Shown here: piece after piece, positions 37,161-48,902 of the stretch
Layout of the letters: the number at the start of each line of letters is the position of its first letter
Position numbering within the stretch: position 1 is the first letter of the stretch
From: an uncultured Spartobacteria bacterium
Lineage (GTDB): Bacteria; Verrucomicrobiota; Verrucomicrobiia; Chthoniobacterales; Chthoniobacteraceae
DNA length: 64,000 nucleotides
Assembly (NCBI GenBank): GCA_903933715.1
Contig: CAIZLD010000029.1
Location: 16,696-80,695, forward strand
Reading direction: 5' to 3'
Position numbers and translations under genes: made by a program
The notes under the pieces: model-generated
What the model was told of the DNA's origin: nothing
The model's database searches: none
Seen by the model: the letters and a program-made list of their open reading frames with translations, nothing else

Positions 37161-38366
37161 TCACCTTTTTGCGGTGATCCGCGGCCGCGGACCGAAGTTG
37201 AACCGGAGGTTTTTCCAGATGTCTCCCCGTTGGGCATTGATGCCGAGGGTGGCGGTCGGTTCATGCCCGCAATGGACCATGCAATGTTCGCACCGGGGAT
37301 CGCGAGCCACGCCATTCACTCTGCCCAGCCGGTCCCAGTCGGTTGCCTCAATCAACTCGCGGTAGCTGGCGTAATGGGCGTCGGTAATGAGATAGCACGG
37401 CCCCTTCCACCCCCGCACATTGCGCGTCGGGATCGCCCATGCCGAACACGACAACTCCCGTTTGCCTGCCAGAAATTCGAGATAAACCGGCGTTCCCAAC
37501 AGTGGAAAACGGCGGCCCCATTCTTCCGCATTCCGAAATTTTTCGATCGTATCCGCCCGCGTCAGGAAAAAATCTTCCGGCCGACCCTGCTTTCGCCGAA
37601 CCATCGCCTCGGCTGCCTCCGCGTAATCATACCCTGGTGTGATCGTGTGTCCGTCAACTCCCAGGGTGCCCAGAAAGCTCCACAATTCCTCGATTTCCAC
37701 CATTTTCGTTTGTTTATAAATGGTGGTATTGGTTGCTACCTGGTAGCCCAGGATTTTGGCCATGCGGATCGCCAGAACGCATTCTTTGAAGACGCCGCTT
37801 TTTTCGACAATCCGGTCGTGGGTTGCTTCCAGGCCGTCGAGGTGGATATTCCAGTAGAACCAACGGGACGGTTTGATGACCGGCCTCTTTTTATCAATCC
37901 GCCCGCTGCGAATGACTGCCGCCTCTTTGTGGGAAATGAGCTTTTCGAGAATGAGCTGGTATAAAATGGGCTCGAATCGCCGGGGCTCTTCGCTCCATTG
38001 CACGGCGAGATAATCGCTCATTTTACGCCGCATAATGAGGGCGTTGGTGCAGAGATAAACGATCCGTTTCTGATCGCGCAACCCGGCCACCAGCGCTTCG
38101 ATTTCCGGGTAAAGAAGCGGTTCGCCACCGCAGATGGAAACCATTGGCGCATCGCATTCGGCCGCCGCCGCGAGGCAATCGGCAAGCGGCATCATGTCGC
38201 GAATCGTCGAGGCATATTCGCGGATCCGACCGCAACCGGTACAGGCGAGATTGCAGGCATGGAGCGGCTCAAGCTGGAGAACGGTGGCAAAGCGGGATAC
38301 CGCGCGCCAGCGTTGCTTCAGGAGAGTCGATGCGATTTTAAGCGTAAGAGGCAGCGGAAATCTCAT
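37161..38366 (-). CDS. hpnH: Hopanoid-biosynthesis radical SAM protein (adenosylhopane synthase)
   Basis: LEPLHACNLACTGCGRIREY radical-SAM CxxxCxxC in the HpnH-typical N-terminal context. About 400 aa, immediately upstream of shc. Confidence 0.85.
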   Translation of the reverse strand: MRFPLPLTLKIASTLLKQRWRAVSRFATVLQLEPLHACNLACTGCGRIREYASTIRDMMPLADCLAAAAECDAPMVSICGGEPLLYPEIEALVAGLRDQKRIVYLCTNALIMRRKMSDYLAVQWSEEPRRFEPILYQLILEKLISHKEAAVIRSGRIDKKRPVIKPSRWFYWNIHLDGLEATHDRIVEKSGVFKECVLAIRMAKILGYQVATNTTIYKQTKMVEIEELWSFLGTLGVDGHTITPGYDYAEAAEAMVRRKQGRPEDFFLTRADTIEKFRNAEEWGRRFPLLGTPVYLEFLAGKRELSCSAWAIPTRNVRGWKGPCYLITDAHYASYRELIEATDWDRLGRVNGVARDPRCEHCMVHCGHEPTATLGINAQRGDIWKNLRFNFGPRPRITAKR

Positions 38367-38544
38367 GGGTGCGGGAGAGTCTCCGGGATGGCTGCTAGGG
38401 GGACACAGCCAAACCCGGAGTCACTCCGCCCCTGTTATCGCAATAGGCAAAGGAATCGGTTGCCGCCTATGACGTCCTCAGGCAGTTCTCGCCGTATTTT
38501 TGCAATCGGAATGTCAGGCACCCGCACCGCCAGCCTGGCGGTTT

Positions 38545-38586
38545 AAAAAAACAAAAAAACGGGGTTCCGTCAGAAACGGAACCCCG
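38545..38586 (-). terminator. Intrinsic terminator downstream of the PEP-CTERM gene
   Basis: On the minus strand, CGGGGTTCCGT-TTCTG-ACGGAACCCCG (11-bp stem, 38560-38586) is followed by TTTTTTTGTTTTTTT. Confidence 0.8.
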
Positions 38587-38612
38587 CAAAAACTTCCTCG
38601 CTAAAAAAGCCT

Positions 38613-39314
38613 TTAAACAGCCCGGCGGCGCATCCGCTGGCCGAAGGCAAGCAGCCCCACGCCGCCCACAAGCATCGCCCAAGTGGACGGTTCGGGAACG
38701 GCCGGCGGAGCCGCCACGTAGGTATAGGTCACCGTGGCGGTCGCATCAGCGTAGGTTTCTTGGCTGGCCGAAGTGTTTCCACCCGTATTTGTAAGCGTTG
38801 TTTTGGTAAGGGTTGCCAAACCAAGCCTGATGTTGCCAACGCCAACCGTTGAAAATTCCGACAAGATTAAACCAGACGTATAATCAACCGTGTTGTTGCC
38901 GGTCGCCGTTGCTTCTCCCGTAGTCATCGACCCACCCGCGAGAAGGCTATAATTAAGCCCGTCTGTGTCCGGGACAATCAAAGTCAGCTTCTGGCTCAAT
39001 AACGCATCGGGATCAGATAATGTCAGCTTTAGAGAGGTATATACAGTTCCGCTGGAACCGGAGGGCGATGTATTTTGAAGGGTTATTGTCGTAGACGCTC
39101 CCGAAGAGAGGGATAGTGTCACCTTTGACAGAGTGCCCAAACGGGTGTCAAATTTTTGCAGCAAAAAATAGGTATCAATGTCCGTTTTGGTCGAACTCAA
39201 TGAGGCCGAGTAAGGACTGGTGGTGGCGGCATCGGCATATTGAGCACTCCCCAGGAAAGTCAGGGCAATGCTCAAAAAAGAAACGGCAGCTTTTTTGAGC
39301 GGTGTTTTTGTCAT
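38613..39314 (-). CDS. PEP-CTERM sorting-domain secreted protein, Thr/Ser-rich
   Basis: Signal peptide (AVSFLSIALTFLGSAQYADA). The C-terminus VPEPSTWAMLVGGVGLLAFGQRMRRRAV has PEP, a TM helix and an Arg cluster. Confidence 0.85.
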   Translation of the reverse strand: MTKTPLKKAAVSFLSIALTFLGSAQYADAATTSPYSASLSSTKTDIDTYFLLQKFDTRLGTLSKVTLSLSSGASTTITLQNTSPSGSSGTVYTSLKLTLSDPDALLSQKLTLIVPDTDGLNYSLLAGGSMTTGEATATGNNTVDYTSGLILSEFSTVGVGNIRLGLATLTKTTLTNTGGNTSASQETYADATATVTYTYVAAPPAVPEPSTWAMLVGGVGLLAFGQRMRRRAV

Positions 39315-39484
39315 AAGAATGAGGTGTTTTTTCCAGGAATTTTGGGATTCCTTTTTGAATTTCGAGATTTTTACGGGAAACCCGGAGGATTGGCAAGATT
39401 AAATTATTAGATTTCCCATAAAGATACGGAGCCTTTAATTAGCCCGCCTTATCAAATCCACTCAATTATTAATCCGGGTAATCC

Positions 39485-40627
39485 CTAAACGTTGAACCGG
39501 AATTCCATGACGTCCCCATCTTTGACGACGTACTCCTTGCCTTCGATCCGCAATTTGCCGGCTTCACGGGCTTTGGCGAAAGAACCGAGCGCCACGAGAT
39601 CGTCGAAGGCGATCGTTTCGGCGGCGATGAATCCGCGCTCGAAATCGGAGTGAATGACTCCGGCGGCGGCGGGCGCTTTGTCGCCTTGGTGAATGGTCCA
39701 GGCGCGAGTCTCCTGTTCCCCGGTGGTCAGGTAAGTGCGCAACCCCAGCAGATGGTAAACGCTGCGGATGAGCGAACCGACACCGCTTTCGCTTACCCCC
39801 AGGTCTTGCAAATATTCCTGCGCTTCTTCCTCCGGGAGATCGATCAATTCGCTCTCGATCTGGGCGCTGATGACGACCGCCTCGGTGGCGAGGTGGGTCT
39901 GGACGTAATCCTGCACCGCTTTGACATATTGAGTGGACGGGTGCAGTTCGGCGGTATCCGGCTTGGCGAGTTCCGTGGCGATCTGGGCGAGGTCTCCTTC
40001 GGCCACGTTGCAGGCGAAGATGGTCGGCTTCATCGTCATCATCATGAACTCCTTGGCGATGCGCTTCTCGTCGTCGCTCAGATCGAGGGTGATGGCCGGT
40101 TTGCCGCTGTCGAGGTGCGGAATCAGTTTTTCGATCACCGCGTATTCGGCTTTGGCCGCTTTGTCGCCGACGCGAATCGATTTTTGCAGGCGTTCACCGC
40201 GTTTGGTGATCGAGGCGAGGTCGGCCAGAATCAGCTCGGTGTTGATGACTTCGATGTCGCGCACCGGATCAATGGTCCCGGCGACATGGTGAATGTCGGC
40301 GTCTTCAAAGCAGCGGACAACTTGCACAATGGCATTGACCTCGCGGATGTGGCTCAAAAATTGGTTCCCGAGCCCTTCCCCCTGGCTGGCCCCACGAACG
40401 AGTCCCGCGATATCGACAAACTCGATCACCGCCGGGACAAGTTTCTTTGAGTGGGAAATCTTCGAGAGAGCGGCGAGCCGGGGATCGGGCACCGTGACGA
40501 CTCCCTGGTTGGGATCAATGGTGCAAAAAGGGTAGTTGGCCGCCTGCGCTTTTCGCGTCCGGGTGACGGCGTTAAAGAGGGTGGATTTGCCAACGTTGGG
40601 GAGCCCGACAATGCCTGCGCTTAACAT
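39485..40627 (-). CDS. ychF: Ribosome-binding ATPase YchF
   Basis: Start trimmed to ATG 40627. [35 protein letters not shown], and a C-terminal TGS-like [12 protein letters not shown]. Confidence 0.93.
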   Translation of the reverse strand: MLSAGIVGLPNVGKSTLFNAVTRTRKAQAANYPFCTIDPNQGVVTVPDPRLAALSKISHSKKLVPAVIEFVDIAGLVRGASQGEGLGNQFLSHIREVNAIVQVVRCFEDADIHHVAGTIDPVRDIEVINTELILADLASITKRGERLQKSIRVGDKAAKAEYAVIEKLIPHLDSGKPAITLDLSDDEKRIAKEFMMMTMKPTIFACNVAEGDLAQIATELAKPDTAELHPSTQYVKAVQDYVQTHLATEAVVISAQIESELIDLPEEEAQEYLQDLGVSESGVGSLIRSVYHLLGLRTYLTTGEQETRAWTIHQGDKAPAAAGVIHSDFERGFIAAETIAFDDLVALGSFAKAREAGKLRIEGKEYVVKDGDVMEFRFNV

Positions 40628-40674
40628 AAGGCCGGGGAGCGTAGTCTCGAAAGGGCCGCCCGGAAAGCGCTTTT

Positions 40675-41133
40675 TTATTCTATTCGCGAGGTTTCCATGC
40701 TGGAAGGATGGCTGGCCTGGTCGTCGGCTTCCAGCCATTCAAAAAGGGTCGTTTTGGCCGGGTTGAGCCCGAGTTTATGGCATTCCTCCACAAAGGAGGC
40801 CCGCTTTTCCATATTATTATAAAGGCAATAGGTTTCCATGGAATCGCTCCAGGCCCGGATCTCTTCGGGCGTTTTTGGTAATCCTTGTTCGTCCACCCAG
40901 ATACCCAGCTCTTCGTCGCTGCGCCCATGGCGGACTTGTTGGAGGAATTCCTCCCCGGTGATCCCCTTAAAAGCAAAAAGCGTCCGGTCCAATGGACAAT
41001 CAAAATGGTATTCTCCTGCGGTTCCGGCCAGTTCCGCGCGGGCTTTGTCGATGGCGCGGGCGAGAATGGCGTAATCGCGGATGCGAACTCTCGGGCTGCG
41101 CGGCGGTTCTTTAGTCAAATCTTTGGCTTTCAT
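40675..41133 (-). CDS. DUF5069-like protein
   Basis: Start trimmed to ATG 41133. KDLTKEPPRSPRVRIRDYAILARAIDKARAELAG..GEYHFDCPLD resembles DUF5069 as I remember it. Assignment not verified. Confidence 0.55.
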   Translation of the reverse strand: MKAKDLTKEPPRSPRVRIRDYAILARAIDKARAELAGTAGEYHFDCPLDRTLFAFKGITGEEFLQQVRHGRSDEELGIWVDEQGLPKTPEEIRAWSDSMETYCLYNNMEKRASFVEECHKLGLNPAKTTLFEWLEADDQASHPSSMETSRIE

Positions 41134-41241
41134 TGATCCCCCTTCGCCCAATAGTTTCGGGCTGCCCGCGCCCTTTGGCCCTCTTGGCAACATCCCCAAA
41201 AAGAGCCCGCGAAAAAGTCGGGGTGCGTGGCTTCCGTAGGC

Positions 41242-41421
41242 GTTCTCTTTGCGCCAGTTCAGCCGGTGTTCTCTTTGCCACCGGCTTCAGCCGGTGGTTT
41301 TCATGCAACCCGATGCCCCAGCCGGCTTCAGCCGGGCTTTTTCCTTTTACAAGAGAAGCCCGGCTGAAGCCGGCTCAAGAGCTTTTTCAAGGCGCACCAC
41401 CGGCTGAAGCCGGTGGCAAAG
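41242..41421. repeat. Nested inverted repeats built from the palindrome CCGGCT(TC/GA)AGCCGG
   Basis: U1 at 41278-41297 (CCACCGGCTTCAGCCGGTGG) is the exact reverse complement of U4 at 41397-41416. U2 (41319-41337) is the reverse complement of U3 (41358-41375). There is also the direct repeat GTTCTCTTTGC at 41242 and 41268, and GGCAAAGCAAAGC twice at 41415-41444. Confidence 0.85.
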
Positions 41422-41489
41422 CAAAGCCGGGGCAAAGCAAAGCGGGTGACAAAGCGTTGGCTAAAACCCGGACTGAGAAGAGTTTTAGG

Positions 41490-43082
41490 TTACGGCTCGA
41501 TCCCTGCCGGGCGAAGAAAAACCCGGAACGCCGCGTTGGAATAGGCAAGCTCCAAAAATGGCGGCGCGCTATGCGGTCGCCGATACAAATATTCCCCCAT
41601 CGTCCCCTCGCCCGCCGGTTGGCTTAAAATGGCGCTTGCAACGGCATTGACGCGGTCCGGTTCGTACGCCACCACACACGCCACCCGGCGACGCGCCAGG
41701 ATCGCTTCGGCCTCGGCGGGATCGGCGCTCAGGTAAAAGCGGGAACTGTCCACAGTTCCGGGAAGGCTCTCGTGGGAACTCCCGGCCACGCATGGCTGGC
41801 CCGACCAGTAGGCCAGCGCCGGGGATTGCCACCACGGAGCGAGAATCGGCAACCGGCGCGCCCCCTTCAACTGCTGCGCTACATCAAAAAGTGCGAGCTG
41901 ATCGAGACGTTTTTCGGCCCGGAATCCAATCTGGACGGGCGTGTTTTGCTGTTTCCAGTTCAACCCGACAGGCCACAGCGCAATGAGAAACACTACCATG
42001 GCAAGCCGGGGCCGGGTGAAAATCGATAACAAGGACGGAATTGCCATCGTAAGGGCCAAGCCGAGGAAGTAACCCCAGCGCGCCTGCCACCACGTCAGCG
42101 GGATTAAAACGGCGATCAGCCCCAGCCAAAACCGGGCGGCCGCATCGCGTTGCCTCCAGCCCCGCCAGTACAACGCCGGGAGGAGCAACAGAATGCCGCC
42201 CATCCATTGAAATAGCGTGACTAGAGGAACATGGGCAAGTTCGCCGATCGTCCGGCTCCAATTCGCAAACTTGTCGCGCACCCCTGGGTCCGGCATTGCC
42301 AGAAGCCGCCCCCCTTCCACGGTGAAGGCCAGCAACCCCACGGCAATTAATGGCAGCCAGAAGCAAAGCCGCTCTCTATTAGAGAGCTTCGTTTTTACCA
42401 TCAGCCCACAAATCACCGCGACTCCCCCAAGCACCAGCGGTTCATAGAGGGAAACCCAGATTCCCAGTCCCCAAACGAACCCGCCGATCAGAGCCCAATG
42501 ACGCGTCGGTTGGGTCAGGAGCGCCATCTCTGCCCCCAAAGCCGCCGCCATGCAGAGCATTAAGAGCGATTGATGATCAGGCCGACCCAAGACCGTCCCC
42601 TGAACCAGAATGGGGTTCACGGCAAAAAAAACCAGCATCGCGACCCGGTAAGACAACTCAATTCGTCCGCTCCAAACCCAGAGAAATGCCGCCGTAAGAA
42701 GTCCCAGTAAAGGGGAAATCCAGGCTCCGGCAGCATCCAAGGCAGTCTGGGAAGAGATACCGCTCGCCCGGATCGCCGCCGCCAACCCGGCCGTCAGGTA
42801 ATCAAACGGGGCCGTCGTATGAGGCCGGACTCCCTCGGGCCAATTCTCGAACAAATGTTCGTGAATCACCCGGCCGGGGTGTTCCAGCACTGATTGCACC
42901 CGGGTCATTCGGGAATAACAATCCGGGTCCACAAAGAAGGTCCGCCCCGCCACAAACACATCGGCCGCATTCCAGCAACGCACCAGCACGACCAAAGCCA
43001 GCAGGCCAGGGAGGAGGAAATTCTTCAGAGAGCGGGGAGACATCACGCCGTCACCTTCCCAGAAGTGAAACCATCTGTCCAC
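41490..43082 (-). CDS. Polytopic membrane protein, GT-C-fold glycosyltransferase-like (STT3/ArnT-type)
   Basis: About 13 predicted TM helices. The first extracytoplasmic loop FVDPDCYSRMTRV resembles the acidic DxD/DPD loop of GT-C enzymes. GTG start at 43082, alternative ATG at 43043. The family call is tentative. Confidence 0.5.
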   Translation of the reverse strand: MDRWFHFWEGDGVMSPRSLKNFLLPGLLALVVLVRCWNAADVFVAGRTFFVDPDCYSRMTRVQSVLEHPGRVIHEHLFENWPEGVRPHTTAPFDYLTAGLAAAIRASGISSQTALDAAGAWISPLLGLLTAAFLWVWSGRIELSYRVAMLVFFAVNPILVQGTVLGRPDHQSLLMLCMAAALGAEMALLTQPTRHWALIGGFVWGLGIWVSLYEPLVLGGVAVICGLMVKTKLSNRERLCFWLPLIAVGLLAFTVEGGRLLAMPDPGVRDKFANWSRTIGELAHVPLVTLFQWMGGILLLLPALYWRGWRQRDAAARFWLGLIAVLIPLTWWQARWGYFLGLALTMAIPSLLSIFTRPRLAMVVFLIALWPVGLNWKQQNTPVQIGFRAEKRLDQLALFDVAQQLKGARRLPILAPWWQSPALAYWSGQPCVAGSSHESLPGTVDSSRFYLSADPAEAEAILARRRVACVVAYEPDRVNAVASAILSQPAGEGTMGEYLYRRPHSAPPFLELAYSNAAFRVFLRPAGIEP

Positions 43083-43107
43083 CCGGGGCTAAGCATCTAC
43101 AATTATT

Positions 43108-43166
43108 TCTCGCAAGGCGCAAAGGCGCAAAGAAGAGCAGGCTTTCCCTAGCGCCTTTGCGAGAGA
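43108..43166. repeat. GCAAAG-family inverted repeat upstream of gyrB
   Basis: TCTCGCAAGGCGCAAAGGCGCAAAGAAGAGCAG (43108-43140) faces GCGCCTTTGCGAGAGA (43151-43166). Confidence 0.8.
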
Positions 43167-43327
43167 TTTTCTGAAACGTAGATTCAAAGAGGGTCCGGGA
43201 AATCCCCAGGCCAGGCAGACAACTTTTCGCCCAGCCTTCCCAATATCTTGTGTTTTTACACCCCCTTGCCCCCAACAGATTGGGTTTCCGAAAAATTAGA
43301 GTTGTCGTTTGCCCCGCGAGAGGCTAG

Positions 43328-45985
<2,658 letters not shown>

Positions 45986-46028
45986 AAATCTCGCGCAAAC
46001 CACCGCAGCGAATGAAAGACAGGAATAG

Positions 46029-46110
46029 CTCACGCAAAGACGCAAAGACGCAAAGGGATAGGATTTCAAATTCCTCTGCCTTTCTTTGCGCCTTTGCGTC
46101 TTTGCGTGAG
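46029..46110. repeat. GCAAAG-family 27-bp inverted repeat pair between gyrB and gyrA
   Basis: CTCACGCAAAGACGCAAAGACGCAAAG (46029-46055) and CTTTGCGCCTTTGCGTCTTTGCGTGAG (46084-46110). The arms are reverse complements with one mismatch. Confidence 0.85.
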
Positions 46111-46164
46111 ATTTCTTTTCCTGGCTTCCTGGCTTCCTAATTCACCCCTTTCCCCTTTCCCGCG

Positions 46165-48759
46165 ATGTATACCTTAAACGAAAAAGTCGAGCCGATTAAC
46201 GTAGCCGATGAGATGAGCAAGTCCTTCCTGGACTACTCGATGTCCGTTATCATTTCCCGCGCGTTGCCCGACGCGCGCGACGGATTGAAGCCTTCGCAAC
46301 GGCGCATCCTCTTTGCGATGCACGATCTCTCGCTCTTCCCCAACCGCCAGCATCGTAAGTGCGCCAAGATTTGCGGCGATACCAGCGGCAACTACCATCC
46401 TCACGGCGAAGCGGTCATTTACCCGACCCTCGTCCACATGGCGCAATCATGGGCCATGCGCGACTGTCTCGTGGACGGCCAGGGAAACTTCGGCTCGGTC
46501 GAAGGCGATCCACCCGCCGCCATGCGTTACACCGAGGCCAAGATGACCCATTTGGGCGCGGCTTTGATGGACGACATGGACAAGGACACCGTCGATTTCG
46601 TCCCCAACTACGACGAAACCCGCACGGAACCGACCGTTCTTCCGGCTGCCTGGCCCAACCTGCTCGTCAATGGAGGCACCGGCATTGCGGTCGGCATGGC
46701 CACCAACATGCCGCCCCATAATTTGATCGAAGTCGTCAACGGCATCTGCGCCCAGATCGACGATCCCGATATCACCGTGGAAGGGTTGCGCGAGTTCGTC
46801 AAAGGCCCAGACTTCCCGACCGGTTGTACGATCTGCGGCACCGCCGGGATCAAGAACTACACCGAAAAAGGGCGCGGCAGCATCAAAGTGCGCGGCAAAG
46901 CGGGCGTCGAAGAGATCAAAAACGGCCGGGAACAGATCGTCATCACCGAGATCCCCTACAATGTCAACCGCGCGACGCTCGTCGAGCGGATCGCCGAATT
47001 GGTTAACGAGAAAATCCTCACCGACATCAGCGCCATCCGGGACGAGTCGGACGAAAACACCCGCGTTGTTATTGAGCTCAAGCGCGACGGCAACCCGAAG
47101 GTGGTCATCAATAATCTTTACAAGCACACCGCGCTGGAAAGTTCCTTCTCGGTGACGATGCTCGCCATTGATCACGGCAAACCAAAGCTCCTCTCCATCA
47201 AGGATGCCAACGTCGCCTATATCGAGCACCGCCGCGAAGTCGTTCTGCGCCGCACCCGGTTCGAGTTGCGCAAAGCCGAAGACCGCGCCGAGACATTGGA
47301 AGGTTACCTGCTCGCCCTGGCGAACATGGACGCCTTCATCAAAATCATCCGGGGTTCGTCCAACCGCGACGAAGCCAAGGTGAAATTGCTCGCTTACGAA
47401 TTCCCGCGCCACACCGTCGAAGCCCTTGGCATCCTGATCCGCGATCCCGCCCGCCTTGAAGACGGCCTCTACCGGTTCAGCGAAGCGCAAGTCTCCTCGA
47501 TCCTCGATCTGCGCTTGTATCAATTGACCGGCCTCGAACGGGACAAGATCGAAGCCGAATACAAAGCCCTCATCGAACGGATCAAAGATTTGCTCGATAT
47601 TCTGGCCCGCGAAGCCCGCGTGCTCCAGATCATCAAGGACGAGTTGCGCGCCATCGCCGATAAATTTGGCACGGCACGCCTCACGCAGATCGTCCCCGAC
47701 GAAGGCGAAATGTCGCTCGAAGACCTCATCTCCAACGAGGGCACGATCATCACGATCACCCACAAGGGGTTCATCAAACGCACCGCCGTCAGCTCCTACC
47801 GGGCCCAACGCCGGGGCGGCAAGGGAGTCAAGGGGATGATCACGCGTGAAGGGGCGACCGAAGAGGAAGAGGACGATTTCGTCGAACATCTCTTCACCGC
47901 CACCACGCACGATTACCTGATGTTCTTCACCCAGACCGGGCGTTGCTACATCGAGCGCGTTTACGAAATTCCCGAGATGGGCCGCGCCGCCAAGGGCCGC
48001 TCCATTGCGAACCTGCTGGAACTGCGCAGCGAAGAACAGATCGCGGCCACCATCCGTATTCAGGCCAAGAGCTCCGGCACCGGCCCGCTGGCAATCGATA
48101 ATACCTGGGATAAAGACCTCCACATCGTCTTTGTCACCCGTTCGGGCATTGTCAAAAAATCCAACCTGGCCGATTTCCAGAACATCCGCAAAGGCGGGCT
48201 CATTGCCATCAAGATTGAAGAAGGCGACCGCCTCATCGACGCCAACCTGACCACCGGCCAAAACGAAGTGGTCCTCATCACCAACAACGGCATCAGCCTG
48301 CGCTTCCACGAGGAAGAACTCCGCGACCAAGGCCGCGACACCGTCGGTGTCTGGGGCATCCGGCCTCAGGGCAAAGATTTTGTCGTCGCCATGGCGCTGG
48401 TGAACCCGGATTCGCAACTCCTCGTCGCCGGCGAAAACGGCATCGGCAAACGGACGCCGTTTGACGACTACCGCGTCCAATCGCGCGGCGGTAAAGGGAT
48501 CATCACCATGAAAACCGGCGACAAAACCGGCGACGTGGTGGGGGCTCTGACCGTCACCGACAAAGACGAATTGATGCTCATCACCAACAAGGGGCAAATG
48601 GTGCGCACGCGCGTGCGGGAAATCCGCGAGACCAGCCGCAACACCATGGGGGTCAAGCTAATCAACCTGCACCCCGGCGAGAAGCTTCAATGCATCGCCC
48701 CGGTGGTCGCCGACGAAGAAGAAGGAGAGACGACTCCCGAACTGCCGTTGCAAGAATAA
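46165..48759 (+). CDS. gyrA: DNA gyrase subunit A
   Basis: MSVIISRALPDARDGLKPSQRRILFAM, GNYHPHGEAVIYPTLV (QRDR region), active-site region AAMRYTEAKM, and C-terminal beta-pinwheel repeats. Confidence 0.97.
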   Translation: MYTLNEKVEPINVADEMSKSFLDYSMSVIISRALPDARDGLKPSQRRILFAMHDLSLFPNRQHRKCAKICGDTSGNYHPHGEAVIYPTLVHMAQSWAMRDCLVDGQGNFGSVEGDPPAAMRYTEAKMTHLGAALMDDMDKDTVDFVPNYDETRTEPTVLPAAWPNLLVNGGTGIAVGMATNMPPHNLIEVVNGICAQIDDPDITVEGLREFVKGPDFPTGCTICGTAGIKNYTEKGRGSIKVRGKAGVEEIKNGREQIVITEIPYNVNRATLVERIAELVNEKILTDISAIRDESDENTRVVIELKRDGNPKVVINNLYKHTALESSFSVTMLAIDHGKPKLLSIKDANVAYIEHRREVVLRRTRFELRKAEDRAETLEGYLLALANMDAFIKIIRGSSNRDEAKVKLLAYEFPRHTVEALGILIRDPARLEDGLYRFSEAQVSSILDLRLYQLTGLERDKIEAEYKALIERIKDLLDILAREARVLQIIKDELRAIADKFGTARLTQIVPDEGEMSLEDLISNEGTIITITHKGFIKRTAVSSYRAQRRGGKGVKGMITREGATEEEEDDFVEHLFTATTHDYLMFFTQTGRCYIERVYEIPEMGRAAKGRSIANLLELRSEEQIAATIRIQAKSSGTGPLAIDNTWDKDLHIVFVTRSGIVKKSNLADFQNIRKGGLIAIKIEEGDRLIDANLTTGQNEVVLITNNGISLRFHEEELRDQGRDTVGVWGIRPQGKDFVVAMALVNPDSQLLVAGENGIGKRTPFDDYRVQSRGGKGIITMKTGDKTGDVVGALTVTDKDELMLITNKGQMVRTRVREIRETSRNTMGVKLINLHPGEKLQCIAPVVADEEEGETTPELPLQE

Positions 48760-48774
48760 TAATCGGATCAACAA

Positions 48775-48813
48775 AACAGCCCGGGCGACATCCGTTGCCC
48801 GGGCTGTTTTTTT
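48775..48813 (+). terminator. Intrinsic terminator downstream of gyrA
   Basis: AACAGCCCGGGC (48775-48786), 10-nt loop, GCCCGGGCTGTT (48797-48808), running into a T-tract that extends to 48813. Confidence 0.9.
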
Positions 48814-48902
48814 ATGTTCTTCGGTTCTCTTTTCCAAACCAATAGCCTGTCAGCAATAGCCAATTTCCACACAGACTCCTCCCTTGCCTTCGGCGGCTTT
48901 CG

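Noticed and set aside
35147-37315. Longest-ORF starts for several genes (shc at 37315, fabD at 55767, ychF at 40738, crcB at 4727, gmd at 10866, thrB at 29157, DUF190 at 4527, downstream M16 at 58402)
   Set aside because: The extensions overlap upstream genes or add non-homologous Arg/Pro/Gly-rich leaders. Internal ATGs coincide with canonical family N-termini and sensible intergenic spacing.
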